36,068 bases of DNA from Cyanobacteriota bacterium (GTDB taxonomy: Bacteria; Cyanobacteriota; Cyanobacteriia; Cyanobacteriales; Nostocaceae), in NCBI GenBank assembly GCA_046045965.1, contig JBJOKS010000039.1:1-36068 (forward strand), read 5' to 3'. The notes below the pieces were generated by a model. The model did not search any database, was not told the origin of the DNA, and saw only the letters and a list, made by a program, of their open reading frames with translations. Of this stretch, positions 17,229-26,895 are shown piece after piece (the first letter of the stretch is position 1; the number at the start of each line of letters is the position of its first letter). A program made the position numbers and the translations under genes.

Positions 17229-19136
17229 TTAAAGACCATTTACAGGCTTATCTGTATCACTGGGCGTTTCTGAAGTGATTGGTGTATTTTGATTAGTTGT
17301 CTTGTCTTCTGGAGGAAGAACCTGTTTAGCAGCGTTTTCTGCTGCTTGTTTAAACATGGGTTGGATTTTATCTTGCCAATATTTAATATTAGGTAATTTT
17401 TCGGGTTGGTCTCGATAAGCTAGCACTTTATCCCATTGTCCGTTATCAATAGCCTGATTAATCTCATTAGCTAGTGCTTCAGCCTTAGCCCAATCTTCCT
17501 GCCATTGATTCATGATTTCAACTGTTTCTTTGATACCAGAAGTGGCATTTTTGGGAACTGTTTTAAGTTGAGCGATCGCACCCGGTAAATCTCCTGATTC
17601 AAACTTCTGTCTGGCTGTTTCCACAATTTTCTGCTGATCCTGACTAGCCGGAGGTTTTTCAGCATCCGTAGTTGGTTGATCAGAGGTTTCTGGGTTAGCA
17701 GTAACTACAGAAGTAATTGGTTTTGCTTGGGGTTTAGGAACAGGTCGAGATGCAATTAAAGGAATATCATCTACAGTTTGAATAGAAATTCCTTGATCCC
17801 GCAAACAAGAAGTCCATTCTTCTTTATTGGTGATCACATCTGAGTGCGCCCAAGCCAAACGACCAGATTTAAGTTTCAATTCTATCCAGCCGCGTTTTGT
17901 GCGTTTACCAGTGACATCAAACTCACTGGCATCACCAAGAGTCTTTAAGATATTATCAGAATTAATCGCACTGGGTTCAGAACGGATATTAGAATTAGGT
18001 GCTACTATAGCCAAGCAGTTGTTTGATGATGTGCTATTTTTCCCTGTCCAATTAGCAGCGACATTTTTGACATTTGGATATAAATTTGTTACCAAAGCTG
18101 CTGCACCACCGGCTAATAATAAGCCGATGATCAAGGGTAAAGGATCAGCTTTGCTATCATCTTGAGGAACAGGTTTAGTAACGACAGGATTAGCAGGTGA
18201 AACAGCGACAGTAGGCTGTGAAAAGACTTGAGATCGCTTAGGAGATGGGGGTTTGGGGGTTGGGTAGCTAATTTGTTTAGGAGACTCGGAAGGGATAGAA
18301 AATGTAGAGGTCATATTCACAAACTCTCTACAGGCTTGTAATGCTTCCGTAGCTGTTTGATAACGGTCTTTGAAGTGATAACGTACCATCTTGGTTAAAA
18401 TTTCTGCCAAGTGGTAATTTACAGGCAGAAAATGCTGCCAGAGAATTTCACCTGTATTGGGATCTTCTTGAAATTGGTTAGCGGGAACTCCTGTTAAAGC
18501 TTGAATAGCGATAATACCAAGGGAATAAATATCACTATTGGGACGGGGTTTACCTTGTCCTTGTTCTGTAGGCATATAACCTGGAGTGCCAATAGCTACA
18601 GTAGCGGTAAGTTGTGCGCCTACGGAGACTAAAGGCGATCTCAATTGTTTAACTGCCCCAAAATCCACCAAAACTAACTTATAATCAGCAGCGCGACGAA
18701 TGATATTATCTGGCTTGATATCGCGGTGAATTACACCTTGTTGATGAACAAATTCTAAAATCTCCAGAACTTCCAGCAACAACTGCATAACTTGGTTTTG
18801 ACTCCAAGGTTGGCCGGGTATCAGTTCTTCACTCAGGGTATGTCCGTCAATGTATTCTTGGACTAGAAAAAATTCTTGATTTTCGTCAAAATAAGCGAGT
18901 AGGCGGGGTATTTGGTCATGGTTCCCCAATTTCTCTAAAGTTTCGGCTTCGCTGTTAAATAGCCTTTTAGCAGTTTCAAAGATTTTTTGGTCAGTATTGA
19001 CAGGTTTAAGGTGTTTGACAACACAGATGGGATTACCAGGCCGCCTGGTATCTTCGGCAATATAGGTTTGACCAAATCCTCCCGTTGCCAAAATGCGTAT
19101 GACTTGGTAGCGATGGTCTAGTAGTTTGCCTATCAT
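17229..19136 (-). CDS. Membrane Hanks-type Ser/Thr protein kinase with an extracytoplasmic SH3b-like domain
   Basis: GGFGQTY, VVK, HRDIKPDN, DFG and GTPGYMPTE motifs; TM LPLIIGLLLAGGAAALV; NIRSEPS...GWIEL....GRLAWAH SH3b-like segment. Confidence 0.95.
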   Translation of the reverse strand: MIGKLLDHRYQVIRILATGGFGQTYIAEDTRRPGNPICVVKHLKPVNTDQKIFETAKRLFNSEAETLEKLGNHDQIPRLLAYFDENQEFFLVQEYIDGHTLSEELIPGQPWSQNQVMQLLLEVLEILEFVHQQGVIHRDIKPDNIIRRAADYKLVLVDFGAVKQLRSPLVSVGAQLTATVAIGTPGYMPTEQGQGKPRPNSDIYSLGIIAIQALTGVPANQFQEDPNTGEILWQHFLPVNYHLAEILTKMVRYHFKDRYQTATEALQACREFVNMTSTFSIPSESPKQISYPTPKPPSPKRSQVFSQPTVAVSPANPVVTKPVPQDDSKADPLPLIIGLLLAGGAAALVTNLYPNVKNVAANWTGKNSTSSNNCLAIVAPNSNIRSEPSAINSDNILKTLGDASEFDVTGKRTKRGWIELKLKSGRLAWAHSDVITNKEEWTSCLRDQGISIQTVDDIPLIASRPVPKPQAKPITSVVTANPETSDQPTTDAEKPPASQDQQKIVETARQKFESGDLPGAIAQLKTVPKNATSGIKETVEIMNQWQEDWAKAEALANEINQAIDNGQWDKVLAYRDQPEKLPNIKYWQDKIQPMFKQAAENAAKQVLPPEDKTTNQNTPITSETPSDTDKPVNGL

Positions 19137-19301
19137 GTTCCCTCCCCAGTTTTAACACCTAATTTTGCAAACGGTAGTCAATATCTCCAAATTTTCTGCT
19201 AGGAAATCCGCTATCTTGAGAAAAGATTTAGACTAAAAATGCAGTTTTTTAATAAAAACAACAAATTGTTACTTTTTGTTTAGTATTTCTGTTAACTAAC
19301 A

Positions 19302-19790
19302 ATGCCACCTAAGATAACAAATTCTACTACATGGCAGCAAGCTGAACTCCTGATGCAACCAGCTTTTATTCGCGTTGTCGATAATATTCGTAAGCATCTG
19401 GATACATCCGCTTGGAAAGGAACTTACCATGATGTACTGATTTGGCCACCTGGTACAACTGATGAAACCAAAGCTATGGTGACACAGTTCTTGCAAGATA
19501 TGGAAGCTGCTACACCGGAACAGGTGGTAGATATCAGAGAAAATCTTGCCAGTTTGCCTATTCCCCATCCAGGATACCATCTGCGCTTGCAACGTCAAGA
19601 GCAGCAAGTGAATGTGGATTTGTGGGATCTGTGTTATCAAGTGTGTTTTTTGAATTACAGTCCAGAAAATACAGATGTTGATATTGATACTAATTTATTC
19701 GATGAATCCGGGGAAGTGGATTGGCAACATTTGGAAGATAAGACTAAGCAGTTAGTTAAACAGGTATTTGATAGTTTACCAGAGGTTTGA
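19302..19790 (+). CDS. Conserved cyanobacterial hypothetical protein
   Basis: WQQAELLMQPAFIRVVDNIRK...W.GTY, DLWDLCYQVCF and GEVDW blocks; normal composition. Confidence 0.85.
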   Translation: MPPKITNSTTWQQAELLMQPAFIRVVDNIRKHLDTSAWKGTYHDVLIWPPGTTDETKAMVTQFLQDMEAATPEQVVDIRENLASLPIPHPGYHLRLQRQEQQVNVDLWDLCYQVCFLNYSPENTDVDIDTNLFDESGEVDWQHLEDKTKQLVKQVFDSLPEV

Positions 19791-19844
19791 AGCGTGGGGG
19801 GTGTGGTGTGTGGGGTATTGTGTGGGATGATACGAAAATGCCCT

Positions 19845-19893
19845 CAGAATAGAATTCTGGGGCTACACAGACAAAACCCACCTGCGTGGGTTG
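19845..19893. repeat. Small dispersed palindromic repeat (SDR/REP-like)
   Basis: CAGAAT-AGA-ATTCTG followed by GGGCTACAC and the AACCCAC-CTGC-GTGGGTT hairpin. Confidence 0.6.
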
Positions 19894-19910
19894 AGAAATG
19901 GTATTTTTCT

Positions 19911-20150
19911 TTAAGCAGCACAATCTTTAAATATGCGCTCATCTGTTGTGATTGAGTTGCTATATTTGCTTAAATCTTTTGGTTTTGACTGTGCATTTGG
20001 TTTAACTAAAAATTCTTCCATTCCTGGAATTTCTAATTGGTGGAATGTGTTTTGATTTTCTTGACTCAGAACCGATATATTTTCAACGGCTTTTAGATTA
20101 ATCGGGGTGGTTTCTGTGGTTGTTGAAGATTCAGCAATAAATTTTTCCAT
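19911..20150 (-). CDS. Small hypothetical protein, possibly 5'-truncated
   Basis: 79-aa hydrophilic ORF with an internal QLEIPGMEEF motif that is echoed around its start. Confidence 0.45.
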   Translation of the reverse strand: MEKFIAESSTTTETTPINLKAVENISVLSQENQNTFHQLEIPGMEEFLVKPNAQSKPKDLSKYSNSITTDERIFKDCAA

Positions 20151-20445
20151 CCCTGGTAAAGTTTAGTATTCAAAGTGCATTCCCAGAACATAAAAATCAA
20201 ACATATAAGTTAAAGGCTTTATTATTAAACATCTGATAATGATGAGATTAATTTCTAAATAATCCAAATAAAAGCATTGACAGCATTTAGTAAGATAAAA
20301 AAATTGTTTAATAACTAACTTTTTTGAGCTTTTGTATTCAAATTGCCATATTTTTACAGATAAAACCCAAGTAATAAGAAAAACTACTTTTTGTAATGCC
20401 AATATTTTGATTTGGTAAAGTTTCTCAGTAAGTAGGTTGATAGAC

Positions 20446-20473
20446 TTGACACAGGTTCTAACAGTAGTAAAAT
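20446..20473 (+). promoter_or_regulatory. Sigma70-type promoter for mgtE
   Basis: TTGACA (20446-20451), 16-nt spacer, TAAAAT (20468-20473); implies a 5' UTR of about 270 nt. Confidence 0.6.
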
Positions 20474-20489
20474 TTCGACATCAAAGAAA

Positions 20490-20750
20490 AATCAAGGCAG
20501 CAGATACAGACCAGTGTACAATACCACCAACATGACACATTGTTGCTAGGTGGCTATCCGATAACGCAGTGTGGCTTGAGCCATTCAACCCATTCCGGGT
20601 TAGGATGATAAATTAACGATGACTTGATTAAATATCAATATAGAGTTCTTGAAATTTTATGGACAAAAGTCCACCAGATGGCAGTAGTATCCTCCCCTAA
20701 GCTGGCGAAATAGTCTCCCAGCGAGGGGGAGACATTAGGAGGAATTTATT
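20490..20750 (+). promoter_or_regulatory. Structured mgtE 5' leader, candidate riboswitch/attenuator
   Basis: Closing helix 20490-20499/20620-20629, internal hairpins, a 13-codon uORF, and alternative helices involving the SD AGGAGGA (20737-20743). Confidence 0.5.
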
Positions 20751-22100
20751 ATGCTCACGCAAGATGTTCGGAATTCTTTGGATATTGCCGACTTAAATAA
20801 GTTAAAATGTGATTTAAATCGCCTGCAACCAGTGGATGTGGGTGAATACATCTCAGAATTGCCTGAAAAACAAAGGGCGATCGCATTTCGTTTACTTAAC
20901 AAAGATCAAGCTATTGATGTCTTTGAATATTTACCTACAGAAGTACAAGAAGAACTGATCAATTCTCTCCATGATGTGCAAGTAGTACATCTTGTAGAAG
21001 AAATGAGTCCTGATGAAAGGGCATACTTATTTGATGAACTACCAGCGGGAGTAGTCAAAAGACTATTACAACAACTTAGTCCTGAACAAAGACAAGCTAC
21101 CGCGACAATTCTCGGTTATCCTGAAGGAACAGCGGGAAGGGTCATGACAACGGAATATGTGCGCTTGCGTCAAGGTTTGACTGTGGGTGAAGCCTTAAGT
21201 AAAATTCGTCTGCAAGACGAAGATAAAGAGACAATTTACTATGCCTACGTCACCGATGATAATCGTAAATTAGTTAGTGTTGTTTCCCTGCGTCAGTTGT
21301 TATTTACTTTTCCCGAAGTCTTAATTAAAGATATTGCCAGTTCCCACGTCGTTAAAGTCAGAACTGAAACTTCCCAAGAAGAAGTAGCTCGCATTATGCA
21401 GCGTTACGACTTAATTGCTATGCCTGTGGTGGACAGAGAAGATCGATTAGTTGGTATTATTACCATTGATGATGTCGTCGATATTTTAGAAGAAGAAGCC
21501 ACAGAAGACATTCAAAAATTGGCGGGGGTAAGTGGTGATGAAGAAGCTTTGTCTCCTCCCCATGTCACAATTCGTAAACGGTTGCCTTGGTTATTGGGTA
21601 TTATGGGATTGTATATAGGTGCGGCTAGTGCGATCGCTCCCTTTCAACAAGTCATTGCTGCTGTACCAGTCCTCGCTGTAATTATGCCGATATTTTCTAA
21701 CACTGGGGGGACTGTAGGTATTCAAGCTTTAACCGTAACAATTCGCGGTTTAGGTGTAGGGGAAGTTACAGCAGAAGATACTGGTAAAATTCTTCGCAAA
21801 GAACTTTTAGCAGGTTTAGGAACAGCCATTGCATTAGCTGTGACAATGATCGCCCTTTCCCTTATTTGGGCGAAACCGCAAGAAAGATGGGTAGCTTTAA
21901 TTGCCGGAACGGTGATGGCAACGAATACAATGGTGGCGGTAAGCTTGGGAACTTTGCTACCAATGGGATTACAAAGACTAAAATTAGATCCAGCTTTAAT
22001 GAGTGGTCCATTAGTAACCACAATGCTAGATACCATTGGTTTTGTCACCTTCCTGAGCATGGTTTCTATCGCTTTGAAAGTATTTAATTTACCAACGTAA
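20751..22100 (+). CDS. mgtE: Magnesium transporter MgtE
   Basis: MgtE N-domain, YPEGTAGRVMT, CBS pair (PVVD...RLVGIITIDD), RLPWL, GGTVGIQA and DPALMSGPLVTT.LD motifs. Confidence 0.97.
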   Translation: MLTQDVRNSLDIADLNKLKCDLNRLQPVDVGEYISELPEKQRAIAFRLLNKDQAIDVFEYLPTEVQEELINSLHDVQVVHLVEEMSPDERAYLFDELPAGVVKRLLQQLSPEQRQATATILGYPEGTAGRVMTTEYVRLRQGLTVGEALSKIRLQDEDKETIYYAYVTDDNRKLVSVVSLRQLLFTFPEVLIKDIASSHVVKVRTETSQEEVARIMQRYDLIAMPVVDREDRLVGIITIDDVVDILEEEATEDIQKLAGVSGDEEALSPPHVTIRKRLPWLLGIMGLYIGAASAIAPFQQVIAAVPVLAVIMPIFSNTGGTVGIQALTVTIRGLGVGEVTAEDTGKILRKELLAGLGTAIALAVTMIALSLIWAKPQERWVALIAGTVMATNTMVAVSLGTLLPMGLQRLKLDPALMSGPLVTTMLDTIGFVTFLSMVSIALKVFNLPT

Positions 22101-22102
22101 AA

Positions 22103-22219
22103 TTTGGTAATTGGTGATTGGTGATTGGTAGTGGATGATGATTCATGATTACTGATGAACAATTACCTAAACAATCCCAAATCCAAAATCTAAAATTTAA
22201 AATCTAAAATCTAAAATCT
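22103..22219. repeat. STRR arrays (TTGGT[A/G]A)n and (AAAATCT)n between mgtE and pyrB
   Basis: Tandem heptamers at 22103-22130 and about 22173-22219. Confidence 0.8.
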
Positions 22220-22221
22220 CA

Positions 22222-23217
22222 ATGCCTACAACTACTTGGACTCGTCATCATATTCTTTCTCTCGCTGACTTCACAACGGCTGAATATAACGCGGTTCTGC
22301 AAACTGCGGCTTCATTTAAAGAGGTACTATCACGTAGAACTAAAAAAGTACCCACTTTACAGGGACAAGTGGTGGCAAATTTATTTTTTGAACCTTCTAC
22401 CCGCACCCGGAGTAGTTTTGAAATAGCTGCAAAAAGGTTAAGTGCAGATACTTTGAATTTTGCTGCGGCTACATCTTCCATGACTAAAGGAGAGACAATT
22501 TTAGATACTGCCAAAACCTATTTAGCGATGGGTACTGATATTATGGTGATCCGCCATAAAGAAGCAGGAGTACCCCAGGCGATCGCCCAAGAAATGGATC
22601 GTTTAGGTGAAAAAGTCAGCGTTTTAAATGCAGGTGATGGACAACATGAACACCCATCTCAAGGATTACTAGATTTATCTACAATTTGTAGTTTAATTAA
22701 TCCCGAAAAACCGAGAATTGAACTATTAGAAGGTAAAAAAATCGCCATTGTTGGTGATATTTTACATTCTCGTGTAGCCCGTTCTAATATTTGGAGTTTA
22801 ACCGCCAGTGGTGCAGAAGTCCATCTCGCTGCACCTCCTACATTATTACCTAAATTCTTTGCTGAATATTTACAAGGTACAGCAAATGCAGAACGTTTAT
22901 TTATCCATTGGCAACTAGAACCAGCTTTAGAAAATGCTGATTTTGTGATGACATTGCGTTTGCAAAAAGAACGGATGACAGCCCATTTATTACCCAGTTT
23001 AAGGGAATATCATCAACTATTTGGAATTACTAGAAGTAAGTTAAAACTCTGTAAACCCAACGTTAAAGTTTTGCATCCAGGTCCAGTAAATCGAGGTGTA
23101 GAAATTAGTTCAGATTTAATGGATGATCCTGAATTTAGTTTAATTCAAGATCAGGTAACTAGCGGTGTAGCTGTGAGAATGGCTTTGTTATATTTTATTG
23201 GTGGTGGTAAGGGATAA
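22222..23217 (+). CDS. pyrB: Aspartate carbamoyltransferase catalytic subunit
   Basis: [42 protein letters not shown] and [11 protein letters not shown] motifs. Confidence 0.99.
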   Translation: MPTTTWTRHHILSLADFTTAEYNAVLQTAASFKEVLSRRTKKVPTLQGQVVANLFFEPSTRTRSSFEIAAKRLSADTLNFAAATSSMTKGETILDTAKTYLAMGTDIMVIRHKEAGVPQAIAQEMDRLGEKVSVLNAGDGQHEHPSQGLLDLSTICSLINPEKPRIELLEGKKIAIVGDILHSRVARSNIWSLTASGAEVHLAAPPTLLPKFFAEYLQGTANAERLFIHWQLEPALENADFVMTLRLQKERMTAHLLPSLREYHQLFGITRSKLKLCKPNVKVLHPGPVNRGVEISSDLMDDPEFSLIQDQVTSGVAVRMALLYFIGGGKG

Positions 23218-23278
23218 TTTATATTATTTGAGTCAGGATATCCAGGATAATATATATCCTTATATCCTTCTTTTTATT

Positions 23279-23308
23279 TCACGCAGAGGCGCAGAGTCGC
23301 AGAGAGAG
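23279..23308. repeat. Short dispersed repeat (CGCAGAG-type 9-mer units)
   Basis: CACGCAGAGGCGCAGAGTCGCAGAGAGAG. Confidence 0.6.
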
Positions 23309-23396
23309 ACATTTTTTATATCCTGCTCATAGATGGTATGTATTTTTTGGATTAAAATATAAATATCATGGTCGGTTCTATCATCCCATATTGACA

Positions 23397-23972
23397 ATGA
23401 CATCTATAACCATTAACCTAAACCCTATCGTCAGATTTACCGATGATCAATTTTATCAACTCTGTCGGGAAAATCCTGATGTCAAATTTGAACGCAACGC
23501 AAAAGGAGAACTATTAGTCATGTCACCCACAGGAGGGGAAACAGGAAGAATTAATTCAGAAATTAATGCTGATTTTGGTGTTTGGAATCGTCACAATAAA
23601 CTAGGAGTGTGTTTTGATTCTTCCACCTGTTTTAAACTTCCGAATGGTGCAAATCGTTCTCCAGATGTTGCATGGATTAAAAAAGAAAGATGGGATAATT
23701 TAACCCTAGAAGAAAAAACTAAATTCCCTCCCATTGCTCCAGATTTTGTTTTAGAATTAATGTCACCTACAGACAACTTGCAAGAAACACAAAAGAAAAT
23801 GCAAGAATATATAGATAATGGTGTAAAATTAGGTTGGTTGATAAATCCCAAAACTCAGCAAGTTGAAATTTATCGTTTAGGTAAACCAGTGGAAATATTA
23901 ACCGCACCCTCAGAATTATCCGGTGAAGATATTTTACCAGGATTTCTTTTAAATATGGCAATAGTTTGGTAA
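23397..23972 (+). CDS. Uma2 (DUF820) family PD-(D/E)XK endonuclease-like protein
   Basis: FERNAKGEL..MSPTGGETG, FDSST.F.LPNGA.RSPDVAW, PDFVLELMSPTD, KMQEY..NG.KLGWLINP motifs; ATG at 23397. Confidence 0.95.
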   Translation: MTSITINLNPIVRFTDDQFYQLCRENPDVKFERNAKGELLVMSPTGGETGRINSEINADFGVWNRHNKLGVCFDSSTCFKLPNGANRSPDVAWIKKERWDNLTLEEKTKFPPIAPDFVLELMSPTDNLQETQKKMQEYIDNGVKLGWLINPKTQQVEIYRLGKPVEILTAPSELSGEDILPGFLLNMAIVW

Positions 23973-24002
23973 GTGAAATATTAGAGTAGATAAATATACA
24001 AT

Positions 24003-24215
24003 ATGATAACAAATTTAGAAATAGACGAAAACTTAATCAAAGAAGCACTTGAACTGAGTGGTTATAATGATCAAAGTGCTGTAATTGCAGAAGCTTTAAA
24101 ACAGTATATACAACGACGAAAACAACAGGAAATTATAGAACTATTTGGTACAATTGAATATGAAGATGATTATGACTATAAACAACAAAGATACAAAAAA
24201 TCAAGTTGTAGTTAA
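24003..24215 (+). CDS. Type II toxin-antitoxin antitoxin (VapB/DUF2191-like), no intact toxin partner
   Basis: TNLEIDENLIKEAL.L.G....SAVI.EALKQYIQRRKQ..I.ELFGTIEY..DYDYK.QR ribbon-helix-helix antitoxin pattern. Confidence 0.85.
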   Translation: MITNLEIDENLIKEALELSGYNDQSAVIAEALKQYIQRRKQQEIIELFGTIEYEDDYDYKQQRYKKSSCS

Positions 24216-24270
24216 TACACCACTCTTCCAAAACAACTTTTATTGACAAAATCCCATAATTTATCTTTCT

Positions 24271-24301
24271 TTATCTGCGTTCATCTGTGTTCATCTGCGT
24301 T
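24271..24301. repeat. 10-bp tandem repeat (ATCTG[C/T]GTTC)3
   Basis: TTATCTGCGTTCATCTGTGTTCATCTGCGTT. Confidence 0.7.
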
Positions 24302-24394
24302 AAATTATTCTAGAAATATTATTCTATACAGCATCATTTGAATTTGGTATAACATATAAAAACAAAACACAAATCCAAACACAACGACAACTAA

Positions 24395-26830
24395 ATGCGT
24401 ATCTCTTTCAATTGGTTACGGGAACTCGTAGAAATTAACCAAACTCCAGAAGAACTAGCCCACACCTTGACAATGGCAGGGTTTGAGGTTGAAGATATAG
24501 AAGATCGACGCACTTGGGCGGATGGCGTTGTGATCGGTAAAGTGCTGCAACGAGAACAGCACCCCAACGCGGATAAACTGAGTGTCTGTACAGTAGATGT
24601 CGGTGCAGAGGAAACATTAAACATCGTTTGTGGTGCGTCCAATGTCCGCGCAGATATTTATGTACCAGTTGCAACCAAAGGTACTTACTTACCCAACATT
24701 GACTTAAAAATTAAACCCACAAAACTCAGAGGTGTACCCTCAAACGGAATGATCTGTTCTTTAAAAGAACTGGGTTTACCGACTGATGTAGACGGGATTC
24801 ATATTTTCACAGAAGAAAACCTCACTTTGGGTAGTGATGTACGTCCTTTTTTGGGTTTAGATGATGTCATTTTAGATGTCACCGCAACCGCTAACCGTGC
24901 AGATGCTTTATCTATGGTGGGTATTGCGCGAGAAGTTGCAGCTTTAACCAGTGGAAAATTATCTATTCCTCAACCTCCAGCAATAACAGTTAACCAAGAA
25001 ACAGGAAATTTAAGCTTGAAGATTTCGGAAAATAAAGCTTGTCCTGCATACATTGGAACTGTTGTTGAAAATATCAAAATTGCCCCTTCTCCTGAATGGT
25101 TAAAACAAAAATTACTTGCTGCGGGAGTCCGTCCCATTAATAATGTGGTAGATATCACAAATTATGTGTTATTAGAATGGGGACAACCGTTACACGCTTT
25201 TGATCAACAACGTTTAAAATCTGTAGCTGGTGGTGAAAATTTAACCATTGGTGTCCGCTTTGCTGAAGTTGGGGAAACTCTGAAAACTTTAGATGGACAA
25301 ACCCGCAATTTATCTACCCAAAATTTATTAATTACTGCTAATAATAAAGCTGTTGCTTTAGCAGGAGTTATGGGTGGTGAAGAAACTGAAGTTTATGAAG
25401 CTACAACCAGTTTAGTTTTAGAAGCTGCGTTATTTGATTCTGTTGCTATTCGTCGTTCTTCTCGCGGTGTGGGTTTAAGAAGTGAAGCTTCGGGAAGATA
25501 TGAAAGGGGTGTAAATCGTGCGGAATTAGAAACAGCTTGTAACCGCGCTTTATCCCTAATTCAAGAATTAGCAAATGGTGTGATTAGTCAACAAGAAATT
25601 GTTGATCATCGTCCTGATGCTGCTACCTGGTCACATTCTATTGTTTTGCGGTTAGATAGAATTAATCAAGTGCTAGGTCCAATTGATTTGGGATTAGAAA
25701 CTGGAGAATTAGAAGCAGCAGATGTAGAAAGAATTTTGACTGCTTTGGGATGTGAATTAACTGATAACAATGACCGCACTTGGAAGGTGACAGTACCACC
25801 TTATCGTTACCGAGATTTAGAACGGGAAATTGATTTAATTGAAGAAATAGCCCGTCTTTATGGTTATGATAATTTCGTTGATACTTTACCAGAAAAAACC
25901 GAACCTGGTTATTTATCTTTAGATCAAGAATTATTGCGGAAAATTCGCGCTTATTTGCGGGCTGAAGGTTTAACAGAATTAATGCACTATTCTTTAGTTA
26001 AACCAGGGGAAGATAAACAAATTGTTTTGAGTAACCCTTTATTTGCGGAATATTCAGCTTTAAGAACTGATTTAATTTCTGGATTAATTGATGCTTTTCA
26101 ATACAATTTAGACCAGGGAAATGGGGCGCTTAATGGTTTTGAAATCGGTCGCATTTTCTGGCAAGAAGAAGAAGGTTTACAAGAAGCGGAAATGTTAGCT
26201 GGGATCATGGGTGGTGATACTAGCATTGGTAAATGGTCACGGGGTGGACGTGAACAACAAATGACTTGGTTTGAAGCGAAAGGTATTTTAGAAAATGTCT
26301 TTCAACAATTTGGTTTACAGGTAGAATTTCAACCAGAAAATCGAGATTCTCGGTTACATCCAGGACGCACTGCTTCTTTATGGTTGGGAGGTAATAGACT
26401 GGGAACTTTTGGACAAGTTCACCCCCAACTAAGAAGAGATAAGGGTTTACCAGATGCGGTTTATGTGTTCCAAATTAGTTTGGATACTCTGTTAAATGCA
26501 CTGGATAATGATGATTTACTAATTCCCAAGTTTAAATCCTATTCTACCTATCCCCCAAGTGATAGAGATTTGGCATTTTTCGCACCTGTGAAAGTCACAG
26601 TTTCTGAACTGGAAAAAGTGATTAACAAAGCGGGTAAAGGGTTGTTAGAATCGGTGGAAGTGTTTGATGAGTACCGGGGTGAAAATGTTCCTGCTGGTCA
26701 AAGAAGTTTAGCTTTTCGTTTAGTTTATCGTGCTGGCGATCGCACTCTCACTGATAATGAAGTTGAACCAGTTCATGATAAAGTACGTACAGCCTTAGTG
26801 GAAAAATTCGGCGTTAGTCTGAGAAGTTAA
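24395..26830 (+). CDS. pheT: Phenylalanine--tRNA ligase beta subunit
   Basis: [64 protein letters not shown] and C-terminal RDLAF/SLAFRL FDX-ACB domain. Confidence 0.99.
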   Translation: MRISFNWLRELVEINQTPEELAHTLTMAGFEVEDIEDRRTWADGVVIGKVLQREQHPNADKLSVCTVDVGAEETLNIVCGASNVRADIYVPVATKGTYLPNIDLKIKPTKLRGVPSNGMICSLKELGLPTDVDGIHIFTEENLTLGSDVRPFLGLDDVILDVTATANRADALSMVGIAREVAALTSGKLSIPQPPAITVNQETGNLSLKISENKACPAYIGTVVENIKIAPSPEWLKQKLLAAGVRPINNVVDITNYVLLEWGQPLHAFDQQRLKSVAGGENLTIGVRFAEVGETLKTLDGQTRNLSTQNLLITANNKAVALAGVMGGEETEVYEATTSLVLEAALFDSVAIRRSSRGVGLRSEASGRYERGVNRAELETACNRALSLIQELANGVISQQEIVDHRPDAATWSHSIVLRLDRINQVLGPIDLGLETGELEAADVERILTALGCELTDNNDRTWKVTVPPYRYRDLEREIDLIEEIARLYGYDNFVDTLPEKTEPGYLSLDQELLRKIRAYLRAEGLTELMHYSLVKPGEDKQIVLSNPLFAEYSALRTDLISGLIDAFQYNLDQGNGALNGFEIGRIFWQEEEGLQEAEMLAGIMGGDTSIGKWSRGGREQQMTWFEAKGILENVFQQFGLQVEFQPENRDSRLHPGRTASLWLGGNRLGTFGQVHPQLRRDKGLPDAVYVFQISLDTLLNALDNDDLLIPKFKSYSTYPPSDRDLAFFAPVKVTVSELEKVINKAGKGLLESVEVFDEYRGENVPAGQRSLAFRLVYRAGDRTLTDNEVEPVHDKVRTALVEKFGVSLRS

Positions 26831-26895
26831 TTCTTAGGTAATTGGTAATTGGTAATAGTTTTCTATTTACTAATTGCCAATTTCCATTATCAAAA

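Noticed and set aside
19792..19826. CACACCACAC on the - strand resembling the Yfr1 sRNA
   Set aside because: Lacks the ACUCCUCACAC core and the flanking hairpins; more likely a degenerate GT-rich repeat.
20163..20402. 79-aa hydrophobic ORF divergent from mgtE
   Set aside because: TTG start, extremely AT-rich, composition typical of non-coding DNA; only its last five codons are of possible interest (see finding at 19911-20180).
20490..20750. Canonical M-box (ykoK) riboswitch call for the mgtE leader
   Set aside because: Only a loose CTAGGTGGCT resemblance to the M-box 5' motif; the other conserved blocks are not seen, so it is reported as an unassigned leader.
24211..24352. Possible MITE between the antitoxin and pheT (right end ...GAATTTGGTATAAC)
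   Set aside because: The left end matches poorly and there is no target duplication; only the internal 10-bp repeat is reported.
24395..26830. pheT without an adjacent pheS, and trpA without trpB
   Set aside because: Dispersal of these genes is normal in cyanobacteria.
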